64,000 bases of DNA, taken from the human T2T-CHM13v2.0 reference genome, Homo sapiens. Positions 55,353 to 64,000 of this stretch are shown here, piece after piece. Location: NCBI RefSeq assembly GCF_009914755.1, contig NC_060926.1. One strand, given 5' to 3'. The first letter of the stretch is position 1. The number at the start of each line of letters is the position of its first letter. A program made the translations under genes and the position numbers. The notes below the pieces were generated by a model. That model was not told where the DNA came from and ran no database searches. It worked only from the letters and a program-made list of their open reading frames with translations.

Positions 55353-56351
55353 CTGCAAAAGAGATGAGGGGAAAGCAAGGTTAACACTGGAAATGCAAGC
55401 CTGTTCCCCAACACAGTCTTTTGCTCCACCAACAGACACGTGAGCAAGAATTAAATGCCACCTTGTATTTTAGGGCTAATTCACAATTCATTCAGCTCTC
55501 AAAATACATAGTTTACTTTTATGGTACACATTTAAAGGTGGGGGAACTCACAAAAGGAAGAGCCTGCAAAGAGAAGCATCTTCCATGGGGAGATTCTATG
55601 AATTAGTTGCTTCTGTTCTCTCAAGCTTTCAGTTAAGAGTATATACCAGTCAGAGGAGAATACTATCACTTTAACCTTCACTTTCCAATGTTCTGTGCTA
55701 TTATTTTTTATGTCTTAAGCATGCCATATAAAGCATAATATTATAAAGGCTAAAAGTATGTGTACAAGTTTGAGTGACATACTCAATGTGGCAAATGAGT
55801 GTATGTATGAAACATATATATGTATGCATGTCATATGCAAGAGTTATCATAAATTATATATATAAGAATTATTATGCCACCAAATAACCTTTATTTCACA
55901 TAATCAAACAAAGCACTTCTAGACTAAGTGCTAGGCAAAAGCCGATCATAAACTTGTTCTCAATATTCTTAGTACTGGAACCAAGATATCCAGGCCTTTT
56001 TGTTTCCAGGGTCTAGGATTCTTCACTCTATTCCTTCTCCAAAAATGTGCAGGATGCCAATAAGAGCTGGGAGGGTGAACTCTGGAGTCACCTTAGTTTA
56101 GGGTGAGGTAGATTATGCTGGAGGACTAGGAATAGCACTGTGGCCAAAGCTCACCAGGGGTAGCCCAAGTCACTGTGAGGAAGACATCAACCTGCCCTTC
56201 AGAGGTAGAAAGGCACAGATGGAGAAAACAACCTTTTATACAGATTCACACTCTTTTCCCTGCCTCATCTCACAGAGAAAGAAAAAAACTGAGTAGCACG
56301 CTTAATGGGAAGGACCTCATATAAAAATTGATGTATTACCTAAAATCCCTC

Positions 56352-56770
56352 TGTAGTCATGAGAAAAATGGTCCCCCATATGGTACCTTATATGGCAGAG
56401 GGAATTGGAGGATGTGATTCAGTTAAGGATTTTGGGATGGGGGGATTATCCTGATGGGCCCAATGTGTTCATATAGGGTCCTGTCTGGGCTGTGGTCAGA
56501 GGGACATGTGGCTTTGGAAGAACGGTCGGAGAGAAGCAACATTGCTGGCTCTGATGGAGGAAGAAAGCCGAGGAATGCCGCCAGCCTCTACAAGCTGCAG
56601 AGACAAGGAAACAGACTCTCCCCCACAACCTCCAAAGAGAAACGCATGCTGCCATCACCCTGATCATAGTCTGGCCTGCAGAACCAGGAGTGAAAGATAA
56701 TACATATGTGTTGTTTTAAGCCACCACGTTCGTGAAATTTCTTAACAGCAGTAGTAGGAAGCTAATATAC
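56352..56770 (+). mobile_element. MLT1D-like LTR (intronic)
   Basis: 'ccttatatggcagagggaattggaggatgtgattcagttaaggattttgggatgggggg...gttgttttaagccacc...ggaagctaataca'. Confidence 0.85.
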
Positions 56771-57773
56771 CCGCCAAGTAGAGATTGATTAATTTGGTTA
56801 ATAAACAACAACTCCTAGGAAAAAGAATGACTCATATCCTAATGCAAGTCAGTGTAACCACCATGCTTTCTGAATCTGAGTTCCAGGATACTGCAGAACA
56901 AAGGCTTATGCAAAAAGGGCAAGCCAGGAAGGACTTAATGGCAATTTCTGGCAGTTAAAGCATTTTTCTGTGTTTGGAAAAAAAAAGAATTCAGGCAGGG
57001 GGTAAAAGATAGAAGCTCCAAGAGACAGAAAAAAAAAGTTAAAATGGATGGGAAAAGACCTTTCACATCACCCTAAACCAGCTGAGAGCCAATCCCCCTC
57101 CCCTACTGTCTTTGACAGCTGAGCATCCATGTACAGGTGGGAGGTATACACTCTCAGGCACAATCTTAAACCAGCCCAGCCTGGCTCTCCCATCTAATGC
57201 AGAGGAGAGGCCCACCTGAGCTTAGAAATGCTCCACAAACCTAAGCTCATTCATTGCTTAAAGAACCAGCTTCACCAAAAGTACTTGTAGGGAGCACCAG
57301 AGAAAGCCCATGACAGCTGGGCAGCAGGGTACTTAGAGGACAAGGAAGTCACGCTACTAATGTCACAAGAATGATGGGATTTTTCTCTTCACTTATTCAA
57401 CATCTGTATACCAGGTGCAAGGCAATGCTATGCGCCAAACGTGGAATGTTCATGCCAATACAATAAAGTTACTACTTAAATTTTAAGATGTGAGTGAAAG
57501 AAGCAAAAGGCTACAAAAGCTGACAGCCAAGCAGAATAAACTGATTGTTGTTAGAAAAGAAATTATGTTCTGTTAGAGAGCCTTTGTTGTTTTGCTTCAC
57601 AAGTCATGTGCTACCACAGTAGGTGCTCCTTTGGGCTGTTAGTAGATGAACTGGTTCATAAGCAACCACATTGGGGTAACCAGCATCATACTGCCAAGCT
57701 CTCCACCAGAATGATGGCTCAGCACACTACAGCAGGAAGTAACAGAATTATAAAGGAAAAAGGGAGGGCATAC

Positions 57774-57923
57774 CTGAGGCTCAGGTTCTCTGTCTGGCAT
57801 TACCCCAAAATGACTTAAAATTTGTTCTTTCATGCGATCCTGGAGAGACGCGAACCAGGAAACAGACTGTTGATGCACAGAATCGTGGAGAGCGGCAAGT
57901 TCTTCATACTCTGGACCCTCCAC
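57774..57923 (-). CDS. LONRF2: LONRF2 penultimate exon: VEGPEYEELAALHDSVHQQSVSWFASLQDRMKEQILSHFGVMPDREPEPQ
   Basis: Acceptor tttccctgatcag| and donor CAG|gtatgc; 150 nt, phase 0/0, in frame with both neighbours. Confidence 0.95.
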
Positions 57924-59329
57924 CTGATCAGGGAAAGAGGCACAGCTGTGTGAACCATTCACAGTAATGCACGTAACACAGTCAGCGACCTCTGCACCTC
58001 CACTAAGTGGATTTGTGGCAGTTAGCATTTTAATAATTCATCAGTTTCACAAAAATGGTACATGCTCAATATAGAAATCTGCATTTTTTGCATAGTTGAA
58101 ATCTATCAATTGTATCCTGATTTTTCTCTTAATACCATAATATAAGCACATTTCCTGTAATTTTGAATAATGTTCAATGGCTGCATGCAATTATATATTT
58201 GAGATACATGCCAATTTACTTAACTATTCACGTAAGTTATTTAGAATATTCTAGCTTTTTTATTTTTAAAAATAACACAATAATATAAACATTTATGGAA
58301 AAGTTGTTTTGTTTTGTTTTGCTTTTTTGACAAGGGAGGGAGGTATGGTTTCCTCAGTGTAGTTTCCTAGAGACCTTGACAGAATTACCAAGTCAAAGGG
58401 TGACATTTTAAAAATTGTATTCCATATCACCAAACTATATTCCTAAAGGCACGACAGGGCAAGACTACACTCATTACATTGGCCTGGGCTGATGGACTCC
58501 AGCTTGTGGTCGGCCACAGCACCTTAGACTGACCAAGCTTGGCCTCTGGTCCCTATGTCACTATCACATCTGTCATTTAAATTACGCCTCAGTCCTGTTC
58601 AGGAACACCTGGTAGAGGAGGAAGAGCATGGGACTGGGAATCACGGGGCCAGGGTTTGGTCTGGCTTCATCACCAACTCTCATGTGTGAATCTAGCCAGT
58701 CTCACAGCCTCGTTAGGGCAGAGTTTTCTCATCTGCATAATAGGAATAAACCATGAAGGTCCTTTCCTGTTACAAAATTCCAGTACCTACAAAAACTACG
58801 GTGTGCTGAGAAATTATAATATAATGCATATACCACCCTCAATTTGATTTATACAAATCAAATATTCATATGTGATAGAGGATTTTCTTATAAAAATAAG
58901 CTAAAATTATTTCATGTTGTAGCTATTTAAGCCCCCATTTAAAATAAGCGCATACACTATTAAAAGCTGTCATCTACAACAACGGTCAATAAACCCTGCC
59001 GTCAGGTCTATCCATCCCACAGAGAGACCCTGAGAATTATCACTTTCAGCTGTAGCTTTGAAACCCAGCTTTCTGGTCCAGCCTGGGAGCTGGGCTCCCT
59101 GCTCTGCTCCCATGCACTGGGATGACCAGAAACAGCAGCTGGAGGAGGCACAGAGACAGTGTCCTGGGTGTGACTCCATTCACAAATCCTAAGTGTACAC
59201 CACTGCCCCCAAAATGACTTCCAGTGTGATGTGGGGTGGCTACGTACCCTCACTTCCACAATTCCAAATGTCAACCAAAGAATTTAAAAGAGGGATACAA
59301 TAATTCCAAGGATTTCCTCCTTTTAAGTA

Positions 59330-59810
59330 TTTTAAAATTTCTTGCTGCAGTATAATTTACAGACCAAAAAGTGCATAGATCTTGTTGAGCTCAAAGAGTT
59401 TTCTCAACTGTATACACCAGTCTGACCATCACCCAAAACCAGATAGACATTTCCACTACTTAGAAAGATTCTTCACCACTCCCTCCAGTCAATTACAACG
59501 CCAACCCCACAAGCCTTTTCTGACTTCTGTCCCCAGACTCTAGTTTTGCCTGTTCCTGGAAGTATACAGATGAAGCCACGCGGTATGTGTTCGTCCTGTG
59601 TCTGGCTTCTCTCACTTAGCATAATGTCTGTGAGAGTCATCCATATTGTTTCATGCACGAGTGGTTCATTTATTTTTATTGACAGGTAGTATTCCATTGC
59701 ATGAATGGACCACAATGTGTTTACTGACTCAAGTGTGATCAGCACCTGGGCTGTTCCTGGTTTGGGGCTATAATGGAGTAAGACTGTTATGGACATCCTT
59801 GTGTAAGTCT
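59330..59810 (-). mobile_element. L1M 3' fragment
   Basis: 'ctagttttgcctgttcctgga...gtctggcttctctcacttagcataatgtctgtgaga...gtattccattg'. Confidence 0.8.
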
Positions 59811-59985
59811 GTTGGAGAATCTCTCAAAACATTTTGCTAATTTGTCAAATTATATGTCCTGATATTTCTATTAGACACATGAAAAAATTCTTAAGGGTTA
59901 ATAAATTCAAGTCTTTTATATTTAGCTTTGGGAGGTATTTTTTAAGTTGTAGATTTTGTCACATTCTGAATTAATACCAACCTAG

Positions 59986-60591
<606 letters not shown>

Positions 60592-60667
60592 AGATCATTT
60601 TTTTAAAAGGAGATTTCTGTACCAGCTCCCAACTCAGGTAAAAATCCACTGAGAAAATAAATAACTG

Positions 60668-61394
<727 letters not shown>

Positions 61395-61650
61395 TCAGAC
61401 CAGCAAGGTTATTGTCGCTAAGAGACACGTGCACATGGTCGCTTCTGTTAGATGTTAAATATAGTGGTGATGGTGGCTGCAGGGGAAGGGCTCCAGGTGA
61501 GACAGGACTTGTGCCTTAGCGGTTCCAACGGGCTAGTGTTTTGGGAAGGACCCGAGAGATGGGAAGAGATGAAATCTCAAATGTGGCTCCTCAGCCACCT
61601 TGGCGGGGCACCATCAGGACTGCCCAGCTGGTGCCACGCACACACTCGGC

Positions 61651-62785
61651 TTTCCAAAGCTCTCCCCAGCTCTTACCCACACTCCGATTGTAACTATCAC
61701 CCTTATCCTAGTGATATTCTCATGCTACCACGTGCCAAGCAACGCACGGAGCAGTTTATAATACATATGAATTCAAGCCCACACTTAAAATTTGATTCAT
61801 CAAAAGTCAACAAAGTGAAAAAACAAGCTATGAGTTCCATGTGCACTGAGAATATAGAACACTAAAAAGAATGTGAAAAACGACAAGGAAAACCAGATAA
61901 ACCACAAAACATATGTCTCTTGAACCCACCAGAGGGTGGAGATTGCTCAGGGTAACCAAACAAAGATCCCACAGGGAGAGAGTAGGCAGAGCCCAGGAAG
62001 AGACACAAAAGTGTGTAGGAAGCATTCAGCTATTTTTTTTTTTAAACAAATTGCCAATGACCTTGTGTGGGCTGGCACCAGAGTGCAGGTCTGGAGAGCT
62101 GCACTCACAAAGGGAGTTTGCATCACACACAGGATCCTGTCCACAGATAAGAGCCTCCTTGATGAGTCATGCCCTGCAGTGAGGCAGGCTTGGAGGAGCT
62201 GACGTTTATCTGGAGGCCTCTGCTGGTGCTGGTTGCTGGGGCAGCAAGTCCTCCACCTTCAAAGGCACTCCGCTCCTCCTCCCTCCTGCCTTCGCCCACA
62301 AGGTCTTCACCTCATTCCAATTCTGCCAGCTCTGCCCTCCCCAACCAAAGTGCCGTGGAAAGCAGTCCCCGGCCACTGCCTTCATCTCCTTGCCTCCCCC
62401 TCACTCCTCCATATCCTACCGTTCCATTAAAATGACTCCAAAAGAAGTCAGAGATGCCCTCTGAATTGCTCAAATCACTTGACAGGCTCCTGTCTGACCT
62501 CCCTAAGGCACGGCCCTGCAGACTGTTGCTGAGCTAATGCTTCTGCTCTCCTGAACCCTCTCTAACCAGCCCGGCCCTTCACAGCCCCTACCTCTGCATG
62601 TCCCTCCTGCTCCATGCTGCCCAGGGTGGTATTCTAGGCTATGTCTATTCTCATTCCAAAGCTCTCCCCAGCTCTTACCCACACTCTGACTGTAACTATC
62701 ACCCGTAACCTAGTGATGTTCTCACGCTACCACGTGCCAAGCACCACACACAGCAGTTTATAATATATACGAATTCAAGCCCACA
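61651..62785 (+). repeat. ~133-bp direct duplication (61651-61783 / 62654-62785)
   Basis: 'ttccaaagctctccccagctcttacccacactc...gaattcaagcccaca' occurs twice. Confidence 0.93.
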
Positions 62786-63530
62786 AAACACGGAGGCTCA
62801 GAGGAATTAACTTCTCTAAGGCCACAGGGAGATTTAGAGCCAAAATGAGAACTCATGGCAGTGTGATTCTAAAGTTCTCATGGTGAGCAGCTTTACTACA
62901 CATCCCCCAAACTAAAGAGCAGCGATGATTCAAACTGCCACCTGGATGCCTCTACTTATATACTTAATAAAACTCTCTCTTCCTGGTATCTAACAGGATG
63001 ATCTCATTCATAGCATGGTGAAACTGGCGGCGCCCTGAAGATTCCTCTTCAAGGGAGGACTGAATGCCCCAGCAACCAGCAGAGGCCTCCAGACAAATGT
63101 CAGCTCCTCCAAGCCTGCCTTGCTGCAGGGCATGACTCATCAAGGAGCCTCTTATCTGTGGACAGGAGCCTGTGTGTGATGCAAACTCCCTTCGTGAGTG
63201 CAGCTCTCCAGACCTGCACTCTGATGCCAGCCCACACAAGGTCATTAGCAATTTGTTTAAAAAAAGAAAAATAGCTGAATTCTTCCTACACACTTTTATG
63301 TCTCTTCCTGGGCTCTGCCTACTCTCTCCCTGTGGGATCTTGTTTGGTTACCCTGAGCAACCTTCACTCTCTGATGGCTTCAAGAAATACATGTTCTGTG
63401 GTTTATCTGTTTTTTCTTGTTTTTCTTGTTGTTTGGATGGGAATAACATTCTTTTCAGTGTTCTATATTCTCAGTGCACGTGGAACTCTTATAGCTTATT
63501 TTTTCTCTTTGCTGACTTTAATCAAATTTT
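61787..63530. repeat. ~480-bp inverted duplication (61787-62262 versus 63048-63530)
   Basis: Arms are reverse complements throughout; the ORF track shows mirrored peptides (61913+ versus 62964-: ...NKL.MTLCGLA.ECRSGELHS.REFASHTGSCPQIR.SLMSHALQ). Confidence 0.95.
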
Positions 63531-64000
63531 CATATATTCTAATTTACTAATCTCTCCCTCTGTTATGTATTCTCAGCACCTTGTATAAAAAATCTTTCCC
63601 CACTCCTAATTATAAAGGCAGTCCCCAATATTTCCTCTTAAATGTTTTTATATTTTGTTTTTCACATTTCACATTAGGAATGCAAATGTGTTATTTTTTT
63701 ATTTATGGCATAAGGTAAAGCTTTTTCCCCCCCTCTCATTTGGACCACCCACTAATTTTCTGGGCACCCTTTACTGAGTAGTTTGTCTTTTCTCATACAA
63801 TTGTCTATAAATTTGGCGTCCACATATGAGTGGACCTGTTTCGGATCTCTACATTATTGTGTCACTGGTCTACTTACTAAGGCTTGTAAACTTGATATTA
63901 CAGGAATGTTCTCCTGTTTGTTCAGCCAGATCTGGGCTTAGTCTTTTGCTTTTCTACACGGATTCTAAAATCAGCTTGAGCAAGTCCATGAAGAAGCTTC
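63400..64000 (-). mobile_element. Old L1 (L1ME-like) fragment
   Basis: T-rich reverse L1 text ('atgagtggacctgtttcggatctctacattattg', 'ttctaaaatcagcttg'). Confidence 0.6.

Overview
Primate (almost certainly human) genomic DNA, about half interspersed repeats. The only protein-coding content I can support is the 3' end of LONRF2 (LON peptidase N-terminal domain and RING finger protein 2; chr2q11.2 in human) on the minus strand. It has three coding exons (61275-61113, 57923-57774, 55352-55158) and a very long inferred 3' UTR (about 10.8 kb) ending at tandem AATAAA signals near 44345-44381. Nearly all other ORFs in the track are chance or repeat-derived. The main items of interest are: (1) a complete, ancient class III provirus (MER74/HERVL74-like, two LTRs, tRNA-Ser PBS, pro/RT remnants) lying antisense wholly inside the inferred LONRF2 3' UTR; (2) a ~480-bp non-Alu inverted duplication plus a ~130-bp direct duplication in a LONRF2 intron that should fold into long dsRNA; (3) an Alu split by a 500-bp mosaic of three locally templated fragments; (4) a solo HERV-K LTR5 with a triplicated forkhead-motif unit, nested in an older ERVL provirus; and (5) a full-length CTCF site with its upstream module. 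Repeat subfamily names come from recalled consensus sequences, and repeat boundaries are approximate unless a TSD is quoted.
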